A stretch of DNA of 64,000 nucleotides from an uncultured Solirubrobacteraceae bacterium (GTDB lineage: Bacteria > Actinomycetota > Thermoleophilia > Solirubrobacterales > Solirubrobacteraceae), in contig CAWETE010000001.1 of the NCBI GenBank assembly GCA_963811895.1, positions 76,160-140,159 on the forward strand. The letters run 5' to 3'. Below, piece by piece: positions 8,944 to 18,779 of the stretch; position 1 is the stretch's first letter, and every line of letters starts with the position of its first letter. The notes below the pieces were generated by a model. It saw nothing but the letters and a program-made list of their open reading frames with translations, searched no databases and was not told the origin of the DNA. A program made the position numbers and the translations under genes.

Positions 8944-10932
8944 TCACAGTCGGCGCGCGGCCACCACGGCCGCGACCTGGTCCTCCCCGGACCGGGCGAC
9001 CAGCCGCACCGTGTAACGCCCGCGAGGCAGGCCTCGCAGAGCGAACCGGAACGACCTCCGGCTCGCGGCGAACCGCTTGACGACCTCACGCCCGCGCATG
9101 ACGGTGAGCGAGACCCTGGCGGGCGCGGCGAGGCGGTACGAGCCTGCCAGCGTCCGGCCGAACACCGGCCCCCGGAGGCCGAAGCCGCGCACCAGGCCGC
9201 AGCTCGCGCGCCGCCGATGCGGCGGCAGGACGCGGTAGCGCCCGTCCGTGCCGCGGCCGAGCACGACCACCCGGCGGTCGCCGGCCATCGAGAACCGCAC
9301 CACGTAGACGCCCGGGCGCGAGGCCCGCCACGTGAACGGCCCGCTGCGTCGCGCCACACGCCGCCCGTCGGACGCGCGCACGACGTCGACGCGCACCGGC
9401 CGCTCGACACGGCGCTCGAAGGACACCTCGACGCGCCGCCCGCGCGGCCGCGCCGACACCGAGGCGAACCCGTCGCGCTCCACGCACCCGCCGGCCCCGC
9501 GCGAGACCGGGAACGGCCACACGCCAGGATCCATGCGCAGCGCGTAGAAGCCGCTCGTGCCGTCCGAGTACCAGATCTCGCCGCGCTCGGGCGCGAACGC
9601 GGGCTGGGACATCGCGTAGTTCGCGCGCTCGTCGATGATCGGCGTGCCGGTCACCGTGATCGTCGACGGCGGCGCGACGTGGTAGGCGATCTCGCGCGGG
9701 TGCTCCGGATCGCGGATGTCGAACACCCGTAGCCCGGACAGGATCATCGAGCAGGCGAGGATGCCGGGCTCGGCCCGCTGCGGCACGTTGCAGTAGTGGC
9801 CGGCATAGCCCTGGACCGGGCTCTGGGCGCCCGGGTCGCCGGCGATCGCGGCGCGGTTCTCGGGCTGATGGACCGCGAGCCGGATGTTGGAGACCACGAA
9901 CGGGCGGCGCTCGTCGGAGATGTCGATGATCCGCGCCGCTCCCACGCGCGGCCCGTTCCCCGCCACGCCGCCCGACTCGCCCGACGAGTACTCGTCGATC
10001 TCCACCAGGTACGGCTTGCCGCCGATCGTCACCGGGATGGCGATCTGCGGGATCGTCATGTTCGACCACGTCAGCCGGCTGATCTCGCGCACCTGCGGAT
10101 TCGACTTGCGCGCCTGGACCTCCGAGAGGTCGATGATCACCAGCCCGTCGCCCGTCGCCAGGTACCCGCGGTTGCCGTCATCGGAGACCGACATGCCGTG
10201 GGTGTTGAACTGGCCCTGCCAGATCGGGCGCGGCAGGCGCGGGTCGCTCAGGTCGACCGCCGTCGTCTGGTCGGTGCTGATCGAGGTCGGGTAGAAGGTC
10301 TTGCCGTCCAGCGCCATCCCGCTCTCGTGCCCGAACACGCTCGCCGGAGCGCTGGCCATGAGCTCCGGGTGCCGGCAGTCGCGGCTGATGTCGTAGACGT
10401 CGACGACGCCGGGCGCGAAGGCCGGGTTGCCCATCACCGCCGCCAGCAGCCCGCGCTCGACGCTGATGTTCAGCGACTCGTGCGGCGTCTGCATGGCCGG
10501 CGTGATCAGCGTCGTCGTGTGGACCGGCTTCGCCGGATCGGTCATGTCGAGCACCGCGACGCCGGTCGGCTCCCCGCTGAGGCTCAACGCGTTGGTCGGG
10601 AACAGCAGCGTCGTGTCGTAGTACGCGCACTCGCGCCCGTCGCGGTCGACGTAGCGGTGCACGCGGAACCCGCCCGTCTCGCCGGCCTGCCCGATCACGC
10701 TCAGGTTGCAGCGGTAGCCCTCGGCGCCCGCGGGGACCCTGCCCTGCATGGGCCCCTCGGGCACGCTGCCCGGCAGGCAGTCGGCGCGCGGCGTGGCGAC
10801 GATCGGAGGCTCAGCCCGCTGCTGGGCGGCGACCGAGACCGGCTTCCAATCCGGCACGCGCGGTCCGCCGTCGTGCGCGAGCGCGGGCGCCGGCAGCGCG
10901 AGCGCCGCCAGCGCGACGATCAGGGCGCGCAC
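8944..10932 (-). CDS. Secreted hypothetical protein, beta-propeller-like (LVIVD-repeat-like) with C-terminal beta-sandwich domain
   Basis: GTG start at 10932 gives signal peptide VRALIVALAALALPAPALA. Globular, Cys-containing body, ~660 aa. The long ORF 8944..11100 only adds an Arg-rich N-terminus. Confidence 0.6.
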   Translation of the reverse strand: MRALIVALAALALPAPALAHDGGPRVPDWKPVSVAAQQRAEPPIVATPRADCLPGSVPEGPMQGRVPAGAEGYRCNLSVIGQAGETGGFRVHRYVDRDGRECAYYDTTLLFPTNALSLSGEPTGVAVLDMTDPAKPVHTTTLITPAMQTPHESLNISVERGLLAAVMGNPAFAPGVVDVYDISRDCRHPELMASAPASVFGHESGMALDGKTFYPTSISTDQTTAVDLSDPRLPRPIWQGQFNTHGMSVSDDGNRGYLATGDGLVIIDLSEVQARKSNPQVREISRLTWSNMTIPQIAIPVTIGGKPYLVEIDEYSSGESGGVAGNGPRVGAARIIDISDERRPFVVSNIRLAVHQPENRAAIAGDPGAQSPVQGYAGHYCNVPQRAEPGILACSMILSGLRVFDIRDPEHPREIAYHVAPPSTITVTGTPIIDERANYAMSQPAFAPERGEIWYSDGTSGFYALRMDPGVWPFPVSRGAGGCVERDGFASVSARPRGRRVEVSFERRVERPVRVDVVRASDGRRVARRSGPFTWRASRPGVYVVRFSMAGDRRVVVLGRGTDGRYRVLPPHRRRASCGLVRGFGLRGPVFGRTLAGSYRLAAPARVSLTVMRGREVVKRFAASRRSFRFALRGLPRGRYTVRLVARSGEDQVAAVVAARRL

Positions 10933-11405
10933 GCGTCGCCGTAGCCGGTCGGCATGAAGATGATCAGCCCGTCGCAGTCGCCGCGCTCTCCCGGGATCCC
11001 GGTGTCCGAGTAGCGGATCTCGTTCGCGATCACGGCGACCTGCGTGATGTTCCGGAAGCGCTTGGTCTTGAAGTCGACGTCCCGCTTGTTCTCGTGGCAC
11101 AGGCCGCGAGTTCTGCGGCGGATGTCCCGGGTGACGTCGTTGTACGAGACCTCGATCTCGAGCACCGCCGCGAACCCGTCGCCGGGGCAGATGTCGTTGA
11201 TGTACCCCTTCACGCGGAGGCGGCCGTTGTCGAGGAACCTCACCTTCCCCTTGGCCTTCGCCCTTCCCTCGGTCTGCGTCGTGCCCGAGAACAGGTCGAA
11301 GGGGACCGGCTCTCTGAGGTCTGCCTGCGCGGAGGCGACGCCGATCGATCCGGTGAGCAGGAGGGCGAGGCCGATGACGGCTGCACGGGTCCGGCGAGAG
11401 ATCAT
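10920..11405 (-). CDS. Small secreted hypothetical protein (161 aa)
   Basis: ATG at 11405. Signal peptide MISRRTRAAVIGLALLLTGSIGVASA. 4 Cys. Overlaps the downstream gene start by 13 nt, so it is probably co-transcribed. Confidence 0.55.
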   Translation of the reverse strand: MISRRTRAAVIGLALLLTGSIGVASAQADLREPVPFDLFSGTTQTEGRAKAKGKVRFLDNGRLRVKGYINDICPGDGFAAVLEIEVSYNDVTRDIRRRTRGLCHENKRDVDFKTKRFRNITQVAVIANEIRYSDTGIPGERGDCDGLIIFMPTGYGDACAP

Positions 11406-11440
11406 GGGTGCCGATTGCCCTGATTCCGGGCCCTCGACAC

Positions 11441-12370
11441 CTACGCGTGCGCGATGACGATCTTCCCCAGGAACTCGCCCGACGCGTAGCGCTCGAACGC
11501 CGCCCGAGCGTCCGCGAGCGCGTAGGTGCCGTCGATGACCGGCACGACGGTGCCGTCCTCGAGCAGCGGGGTGAGGCGCTCGAGCGCCTCGCGGCCCGGC
11601 CGGTGGATCACGACGCCGATCCGCTTGCGGCGCGGTACGAGCCCGACGAGCGCGGTCCAGCCGATCCGCGGCAGCGTCCCGCCGATGACTCCGTAGACGC
11701 CTCCCGGCCGCAACGCGCGTCTGCACCGGGTCGAGGCGTGCAGGTCGACGATCCGGTCGTAGCGGCCGGCGATCCGCTCCTCGCGGTAGTCGATCACCTC
11801 GTCGGCGCCGAGCGAGCGCAGCATCTCGAACTTCGACGCGCTGTCGACGCCGGTCACGACGCCCCCGGACGCCTTGGCCATCTGCACGCCCAGCGACCCG
11901 AGGCCGCCGCCGGCGCCGTTGATGAGCACCGTGTCGCCGGGCCGCACCTCGCCGCGATAGGTCAGTCCCTGCAGGGCGAGAACGCCGGCCTGCGGCACCG
12001 CGGCCGCCTGCTCGAAGGTCAGCCCGGCGGGCATCGCCGCGAGCGCGCGCTCGGGCACGCAGACGTACTCGCCGAGCCCGCCCCACCCGTGGCCCGACAC
12101 GTCGCCGTACACGTCGTCGCCGGGCCGCAGCCGCGTCACCGCCGCGCCCACCGCCTCCACGCGCCCCGCGACGTCGGCGCCCATCACGGGATGGCGCGGC
12201 CGCCGGCCCACCGTCATCCGGCCCCTGAGCAGGTCCCAGTCCCACGAGTTGATCGACGTCGCGTGCACCTTGACGAGCACGTCATCGTCGCCCTGGAGGC
12301 GCGGTTCCGGCACCTGCTCGAGCCGGAGCTCCGCGGGTGAGCCGTAGCGGTGGTAGACGACAGCCTTCAC
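11441..12370 (-). CDS. Zinc-binding alcohol dehydrogenase / NADPH:quinone reductase family (MDR superfamily) oxidoreductase
   Basis: GTG at 12370 (VKAVVYHRYG...). GroES-like N-domain and Rossmann motif LINGAGGGLGSLGVQMAKASG. 309 aa. Confidence 0.8.
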   Translation of the reverse strand: MKAVVYHRYGSPAELRLEQVPEPRLQGDDDVLVKVHATSINSWDWDLLRGRMTVGRRPRHPVMGADVAGRVEAVGAAVTRLRPGDDVYGDVSGHGWGGLGEYVCVPERALAAMPAGLTFEQAAAVPQAGVLALQGLTYRGEVRPGDTVLINGAGGGLGSLGVQMAKASGGVVTGVDSASKFEMLRSLGADEVIDYREERIAGRYDRIVDLHASTRCRRALRPGGVYGVIGGTLPRIGWTALVGLVPRRKRIGVVIHRPGREALERLTPLLEDGTVVPVIDGTYALADARAAFERYASGEFLGKIVIAHA

Positions 12371-12418
12371 ACCGCGTGTTATCGCAAGTTCGCGGCCCGA
12401 GTGCCGTTTTGGCTCGCC

Positions 12419-14540
12419 ATGAGGACACTGGTCGCAGCGCTCACCGCGCTCCTGATCGCGCCCGCGAGCGCGAGTGCCGCGTTGAAGATCGACGTCGTCT
12501 CGAACCGGGCGGACCTGATCTCCGCGGGCGACGCGCTCGTCGCCATCGACGGGCCCGATCCGGCAGCCATCCGGGTGACCGAGGACGGCCGCGACGTCAC
12601 CGGCGCGTTCGCCGTTCGGCCCGACGGCCGCTTCGAGGGTCTGGTCACCGGCCTCGACGTCGGCGCCAACGAGCTCGTCGCCACCGACGGCGCCGACACC
12701 GCGCGCATCACGATCGCCAACCACCCCAACGGCGGCCCCGTCTTCTCCGGCCCGCAGATCCAGCCGTGGGTCTGCACCAACGGCTCGCCGGACCCCCAGT
12801 GCAACCAGCCCGCGACCTACCGCTACGAGTACAAGTCCTCGCTCGACGGGCAGCTGCACGAGTACGACCCCGACCAGCCGCCGAGCGACGTCGCGGAGAC
12901 CACGACCCAGACCGGCGAGACCGTCCCCTTCGTCATCCGCGTCGAGACGGGCTACCAGGACCGCGACCAGTACCAGATCGCCACGCTCTTCCAGCCCGGC
13001 GAGCCGTGGGAGCCGTGGGCGCCGCAGCCGCAGTTCAACCACAAGCTGCTGATCACCCACGGCGCGAGCTGCGGCATCGACCGCCAGTCCGGCTCCGCGC
13101 CCTCCGTCACCGGCGACACCGTGCTCGGCGACAGCCCGACGACGGCGCTCGGCCTCGGCTTCGCCGTGATGAGCACGGCGCTCAACAACGCCGGCCACAA
13201 CTGCAACCTCGTCACCCAGGCCGAGTCGATGGTGATGGCCAAGGAGCGGCTGATCGAGCAGTACGGCGAGATCCGCTACACGATCGGCACCGGCTGCTCG
13301 GGCGGCTCGCTGACCCAGCAGCAGGTGGCCAACGCCTACCCCGGCCTCTACCAGGGCATCCTGCCGGCCTGCTCGTTCCCCGACGCGTGGTCGACCGGCC
13401 AGCAGCTCGCGGCCTACAACCTGATCCGCCGCTACGTCGAGGACCCGTCGAAGTGGGCGCCCGGCGTGGTCTGGGACCCGCTCTCGATCGCCGCCGTCGA
13501 GGGCCACCCCAACCACGTCAACTCGATCGTCTTCGACAGCGTCTACTGGACCGACCTCGGCGTGCCGGACGACGGCTGCGCCGGCGTGCCCGACGACCAG
13601 GTCTACGACGCCGAGACCAATCCCGGCGGCGTGCGCTGCACCCTCGCCGACCTGATGATCAACGTCTTCGGTCCGCGCCCGCCGCAGGACTTCGCCGGCA
13701 TCCCGCTCGACAACGTGGGCGTCCAGTGGGGATTGTCGGCGCTGCAGACAGGGCCGGATCACGACCGCCCAGTTCGTCGACCTCAACGAGAAGAGCGGCG
13801 GGCTCGACGTCGACGCCCAGTGGCAGCCGCAGCGCACCGAGGCCGACAGCACCACGATGCGGCGCGCGTACCGCTCCGGGGCGATCAACTCGGCCAACCA
13901 CCTCGACCAGGTCGCGATCATCGACCTCCGCGGCCCCGACCCCGGAGCCTTCCACGACGCGTACCGCTCGTGGGCGACGCGCGCCCGGCTCGAGCGCGAG
14001 CACGGCCACTTCGACAACCAGGTCATCTGGGTGGGCCAGGTGCCGCTCATCGGCGACCCGCGCTGGACGACCGAGGCGATGCTCACGATGGACCGCTGGC
14101 TCGCGGCCGTCGAGCAGGACGACAGCGCACGACCGCTGCCCGAGAAGATCGTCGCCAACCGCCCCGCGGACCTCCGCGACCGCTGCTCCCAGATCCCCGC
14201 CGTCGAGCAGATCGGCGCCGTCTGCGAGCACGAGCAGGTGCAGACCCGCTACGGCACGCCCGCGACCGTCGCCGGCGAGAGCATCGCCACCGACACCAAC
14301 AAGTGCGCGCTCAAGCCGCTGCGCCGCGCCGACTACTACCCGATCGTCTTCACGCCCGACCAGTGGGCGCGCCTGCAGCGCGCGTTCCCGATCGGCGTCT
14401 GCGACTGGAGCCGCCCCGGCCCCGAGCAGCAGGGCGCGATCCCGTGGCAGACCTACCAGGAGGCCGACGGCAGCGTGATCCACGGCGGGCGCGCCCTCGA
14501 GCCGGCGCCCCTCGGATCAGGCTGGACGAGCTTCGACTGA
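12419..14540 (+). CDS. Secreted alpha/beta-hydrolase, tannase/feruloyl-esterase-like (GCSGGS nucleophile motif); interrupted by a 1-nt frame change near 13750
   Basis: ATG at 12419 with signal peptide MRTLVAALTALLIAPASASA. Frame 1 is coherent to ...VGVQWGLSALQTG (~13750) and then turns Arg-rich. The continuation GRITTAQFVDLNEKSGGLDVDAQW...MRRAYRSGAINSANHLDQV... sits in the frame of ORF 13857..14540. Confidence 0.55.
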
Positions 14541-15011
14541 CTCGATCGCCTCGAAGGCGCCGAACCCGCCGGCGAAGTACACGAGCGGCTCACCGTCGCG
14601 GCGGATCCGGACGTCGCGGACGCGGCCGACGACGATCGAGTGGTCACCGCCGGGGTGCTCGGCCTCGAGGTCGCACTCGATGACGGCGAGCGCGTCGCGC
14701 AGGGGCTCGGCGAAGCGGTCGGCCCCGGGCTCTGCCGCGCGGCGGGCGAACTCGCCGTGGCCGGCCGCGAGCACGTGCACCTCGAAGCGCTTCGCCGTCC
14801 GCATCCGCCGCCACGTCAGCGAGTCGCGCGCCGCGCAGAACGAGACGAGCGGCGGATCGAGCGACACGGCGGCGAACGAGCTGACGATCAGCCCGAGCGG
14901 CGTGCCGCCGACCTCGGTGGTGACGAACGCGACGCCGGTCGCGAAGCGGCCGAACGCGTCGCGCAGGGCGCGGTCCTCGGAGCAGTGCAGCAGGGCGGGG
15001 GCGGCGGACAT
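14517..15011 (-). CDS. Flavin reductase (NAD(P)H:FMN/FAD oxidoreductase, HpaC/flavin-reductase-like domain)
   Basis: 164 aa. AFGRFATGVAFVTTEVGGTPLGLIVSSFAAVSLDPPLVSFCAAR is the typical flavin_reduct motif. ATG shares 1 nt with the stop of the upstream ACAD gene (TGATG). Confidence 0.8.
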   Translation of the reverse strand: MSAAPALLHCSEDRALRDAFGRFATGVAFVTTEVGGTPLGLIVSSFAAVSLDPPLVSFCAARDSLTWRRMRTAKRFEVHVLAAGHGEFARRAAEPGADRFAEPLRDALAVIECDLEAEHPGGDHSIVVGRVRDVRIRRDGEPLVYFAGGFGAFEAIESVEARPA

Positions 15012-16186
15012 CAGTGCAGCGCGTGCTCGCGGCCCAGCGCGACGTCGCCGAGCAGCTCGTAGGCGCGGTTGGCGCCGAGCGGCTGCATGAAGCTCCCGGC
15101 CCGGACGTCGCGGTACGCGCGCGCCAGCGGGTGGCCGTTGAGGTAGCCGGCGCCGCCCGACAGCGCGAGCGCGCGGTCGACGATCCGCGCGGCGGCCTCG
15201 TTGACGAACGCCTTCGCCGCCTGCGCCTCCGCGAACAGCTCCACCAGCGGCGCGTCCGACTCGTCGACCAGCGCGGCGGCCCGCGCCAGCGTCGCCCGGC
15301 AGGCGCCGAGCTCGATCGCGTTCTCGGCCACCAGCGTGCGCGCCCGGGCATCCGGCTCGCGGACCGCCGCGTTCGAGGTCGCCACCGCGGCCTCGGCGAT
15401 GCCGAGCGAGGCGGACGCGTGGAACAGGCCGGCGACCAGGTTGCGGTCCATGTACGCGCCGGCGTCGCCGGCCAGGAAGCCGCCGCGCAGCGCCGACAGC
15501 GGCACCTCGACGTCGGAGAAGGTCACCGAGTTGCTGCCCGAGGCCCGCATGCCGAGCGCGTCCCAGTCGTCGTGGATCCGCACGCCGTCGGTGGCGGGGT
15601 CGATCGCCGCGTAGCCGTAGCGCTCGACGCCGTCGTCGCCGACGAAGGTGACCGCGGTCTGGAGCACGGTCGCGGCCGGCGACATCGTGCAGAAGATCTT
15701 GCGCCCGTCGATCCGCCAGCCCGACTCCGTGCGCGTCGCCGTGGTCGAGGGCCGCGTCAGGTCCTGGCCCGGCTCGCTGACCGCGGTGGCCATGATCACG
15801 CCGTCGCGGGCGATCGCCTGCATCGAGGAGCCGAAGGCGCGCGCCCGCCGCTCGTCGCCGGCGGCGACCGCGGCCAGCCAGCGCCGGACCATGTTCAGCA
15901 GGACGGCGAAGTGCATGTTGACGCCGATCGCCACCGACGCGTCACCCCGCGCCAGGCGGCTCGACGCGACGACGACGTCGTGCACCGAGGTGACGCCGAG
16001 GCCGCCGAGCTCGGCCGGGATCGGGGCCGTGAAGTAGCCCGCCTCCTTGAGCGCGGCGATGCTCGCGTGCGGGAACGACGCCGCCCGGTCGTGCTCGGGG
16101 GCGCGGCGCGCCAGCTCCTGGGCGAGCCTCTCGGCGAGCTCCACGAGGCGGGCGCCGGCGTCGGTATGGGCGGTCAGATCGAGCAT
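15011..16186 (-). CDS. Acyl-CoA-dehydrogenase-fold protein, probably the oxygenase component of a two-component flavin-dependent monooxygenase
   Basis: ATG at 16186 (MLDLTAHTDAGARL...). ACAD N/M/C domains. Immediately followed by a flavin reductase and preceded by OsmC, with 1-4-nt junctions. Confidence 0.7.
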   Translation of the reverse strand: MLDLTAHTDAGARLVELAERLAQELARRAPEHDRAASFPHASIAALKEAGYFTAPIPAELGGLGVTSVHDVVVASSRLARGDASVAIGVNMHFAVLLNMVRRWLAAVAAGDERRARAFGSSMQAIARDGVIMATAVSEPGQDLTRPSTTATRTESGWRIDGRKIFCTMSPAATVLQTAVTFVGDDGVERYGYAAIDPATDGVRIHDDWDALGMRASGSNSVTFSDVEVPLSALRGGFLAGDAGAYMDRNLVAGLFHASASLGIAEAAVATSNAAVREPDARARTLVAENAIELGACRATLARAAALVDESDAPLVELFAEAQAAKAFVNEAAARIVDRALALSGGAGYLNGHPLARAYRDVRAGSFMQPLGANRAYELLGDVALGREHALH

Positions 16187-16190
16187 GGGC

Positions 16191-16760
16191 CTAGTCCGCG
16201 ATGACCCCCACCTCGACCGGGACACCGTTGGTGACCATGTCGAAGACGACGGAGCGCGCCTGGGCGCGCTCGACAAGCTCGCGCAGCTTCTCCGGCGGCG
16301 CCTCGCCGGAGACCTTGAAGCTCACGCGGATGTTGCTGAAGCCGTTGCGCACCTCGTCGGACAGGCCGAGCGCGCCGCGCACGTCCATGTCGCCCTCGAG
16401 GGTCGACTCGACGGCGGTCAGGCGCACCTTGCGCGCAGCGGCGACGTAGACCAGCGAGGTGGTCAGGCACGCGGCCAGCGCGTGCAGCAGGGCCTCGGCC
16501 GGATTCGGGCCGGTGTCGCTGCCGAGCAGGATCGCCGGCTCGCCGGCGTCGATCGTGAACTCGTGCGTGCGCGTCGAGTCCTCCTGGCCGGCGCCGTAGA
16601 ACGCCTTGATCGTCGAGCGGTTGTGCGCGCCGTCGACCCACCGGTTCTGGGCGCGGAACTGGAACACGCCGAGCGAGGGGTCGGCCTTGATCGCGTCGAG
16701 CGTGCCGTACATCTGCTCGCTGTCGACGCCGTTGCGGATGCGATCGAGGATCTGTGTCAT
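16191..16760 (-). CDS. OsmC/Ohr-family peroxiredoxin-like protein
   Basis: ATG at 16760 (MTQILDRIRNGV...). Conserved Cys in ALAACLTTSLVYVAAARKV. 4-nt gap to the ACAD gene. Confidence 0.75.
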   Translation of the reverse strand: MTQILDRIRNGVDSEQMYGTLDAIKADPSLGVFQFRAQNRWVDGAHNRSTIKAFYGAGQEDSTRTHEFTIDAGEPAILLGSDTGPNPAEALLHALAACLTTSLVYVAAARKVRLTAVESTLEGDMDVRGALGLSDEVRNGFSNIRVSFKVSGEAPPEKLRELVERAQARSVVFDMVTNGVPVEVGVIAD

Positions 16761-16922
16761 GCGATCGAATGTCCCGCAGGGCCGGCGAGCGCGCAACGTG
16801 AGTCTTTTCCTGCCCTTACCCGAGGGCTAGCAATTCCTCGGGTCGGTGGGTGAAAACCCTCGCGTTGCGCTCGCGAGGGAGGCCGGGCAGCATCGCCGCT
16901 CCTCCCCACGAAAGGACCCCCC

Positions 16923-18746
16923 ATGTACGCAACCGGAAGGTCGCGCGCGCTCGCTGCGGGCGTGCTCGCCACGGCCGCGCTCGGCTTCACGGTCGCCCAG
17001 GCGACCGCCGCGACCACGGCCCAGGTGCAGAACGGCACGCTGTTCATCAGCGGCACGAACGGCGCCGACGACATCACGCTCCAGCTCCAGCCCGGCAACC
17101 CGAACGTCCTCGAGGTCGACATCGACGGCGACGGCGCCGGCGACCTCAGCTTCGACCGCGGCACGTTCACGGCGATCGACGTCCAGGCCCGCGGCGGCGA
17201 CGATCGCTTCACCAACCGCGGCCAGTTCTTCGACGAGGTCACGACCGTCGACGGCGGCAGCGGCCACGACACCCTGGCCGGCAACCTCGGCGACCAGACC
17301 CTGATCGGCGGCAGCGGCAACGACTCCGTCTCCGGCGGCGACGGCGACGACACCGTTCGGCTCGGCACCGGCAACGACCGCTTCACCTGGAACCCCGGCG
17401 ACGACAACGACGTCGTCGAGGGCGAGGTGGGCGCGGACGTCCTGGACTTCAACGGCAGCGCCGCCGCCGAGACGATCGACGTGTCCGCCAACGGCCCGCG
17501 CGTGCGTCTCCTCCGCAACATCGCGAACGTGGTCACGGACCTCGGCGGCGTCGAGCGCGTCGAGATCGACGCCCTCGCCGGCAGCGACACGCTGGTGGCG
17601 GGCGACACCGCCGGCACCGAGCTCCAGGCCTTCGCGGTCAACCTGAACGGCTTCAACGGCGCCGGCGACACCGTGCCCGACTCCGTCATCGTCGGCGGCA
17701 CGCCGAAGGACGACAGCGTCGAGCTCGGCAACACGGGCGCAGCCCAGACCGTGTCGGGCGCGACCACCGCGGTGGAGGTGACCGGCGGCGAGGCCCACGA
17801 CGAGATCAACGTCGGGACCGGCGAAGGCGCCGACACCGTCACCATGAACGTCGCGGTGACCGGCACGGCGCTGTTCGACGTCGACGGCGGCGACGGCGTC
17901 GACACCCTGAGCTACACGGGCACCGCGGGCGCGGACCAGATCGGTGTCACCGCCAACGGCACCAAGCTGCGGACCGGCGGCCCGGCCTCGGCGCAGCTCG
18001 ACACGATCGTCGAGAACGTCCGCGTCCAGGCGCTCGGCGGCGACGACACGCTGACCTCCACCGGCAACACGCTCTCGAGCCTGCTGACCTTCGACGGCGG
18101 CGCCGGCGCCGACAACGTCCGCGGCGGGAACGGCCCCGACGTGCTGCTCGGCGGCAGCGGCAACGATCTCGTCGACGGCAACCAGGGCACCGACACGGCA
18201 GAGCTCGGCACCGGCAACGACCGCTTCCAGTGGGACCCGGGCGACGGCAACGACGTCGTCGACGGTCAGAGCGGCACCGACGCGGTCGACTTCAACGGCT
18301 CGGCCATCGGCGAGGTGCTCGAGCTGTCGGCGAACGGCGCGCGCAGCCGCTTCACCCGCAACATCGCCGGCATCGTCATGGACGCCGACGTGGAGGCGTT
18401 CGCCCTCCGCACGTTCGGCGGCGCCGACACGATCACCGTCGGCGACCTCGCCGGCACCGCGGTCCAGACCGTCGACGCCGACCTGAGCGCCACCGTGGGC
18501 GGCGGCGACGCGGCGGCAGACACCGTTATCGCCAACGGCAGCGATGGCGCCGACGCGGCGCGGATCTCGCGCTCGGGCGCTCAGGCCCGGGTCACCGGGC
18601 TGGCCGCGACGACGCGCGTCACGGGGAGCGAGGCGGCGCTCGACACGCTGCGCGTGCACACGCTCGGCGGCGACGACGAGGTCACCATCGCGTCGAACCT
18701 CAACGACCTGATCGGCCTGGCGTTCGACCTAGGAGCCGACGACTAA
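16923..18746 (+). CDS. Secreted calcium-binding RTX/hemolysin-type repeat protein (two homologous halves)
   Basis: Signal peptide MYATGRSRALAAGVLATAALGFTVAQATA. Many GG.G.D and GGSGNDS.SGGDGDDT nonapeptide-like motifs. Residues ~20-300 and ~300-600 are clearly homologous (...GTGNDRFTWNPGDDNDVVEGEVGADVLDFNGSAAAE... vs ...GTGNDRFQWDPGDGNDVVDGQSGTDAVDFNGSAIGE...). RBS gaaagga. Confidence 0.8.
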   Translation: MYATGRSRALAAGVLATAALGFTVAQATAATTAQVQNGTLFISGTNGADDITLQLQPGNPNVLEVDIDGDGAGDLSFDRGTFTAIDVQARGGDDRFTNRGQFFDEVTTVDGGSGHDTLAGNLGDQTLIGGSGNDSVSGGDGDDTVRLGTGNDRFTWNPGDDNDVVEGEVGADVLDFNGSAAAETIDVSANGPRVRLLRNIANVVTDLGGVERVEIDALAGSDTLVAGDTAGTELQAFAVNLNGFNGAGDTVPDSVIVGGTPKDDSVELGNTGAAQTVSGATTAVEVTGGEAHDEINVGTGEGADTVTMNVAVTGTALFDVDGGDGVDTLSYTGTAGADQIGVTANGTKLRTGGPASAQLDTIVENVRVQALGGDDTLTSTGNTLSSLLTFDGGAGADNVRGGNGPDVLLGGSGNDLVDGNQGTDTAELGTGNDRFQWDPGDGNDVVDGQSGTDAVDFNGSAIGEVLELSANGARSRFTRNIAGIVMDADVEAFALRTFGGADTITVGDLAGTAVQTVDADLSATVGGGDAAADTVIANGSDGADAARISRSGAQARVTGLAATTRVTGSEAALDTLRVHTLGGDDEVTIASNLNDLIGLAFDLGADD

Positions 18747-18779
18747 GCCTCGATCCACGGGTCATCGCTGGATCGAGGC
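18747..18779. terminator. Hairpin (11-bp stem gcctcgatcca/tggatcgaggc, 11-nt loop) after the RTX gene stop, overlapping the last codons of the convergent gene
   Basis: Perfect inverted repeat immediately 3' of TAA 18744-18746. The right arm lies inside the CDS 18762..19778. Confidence 0.4.
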
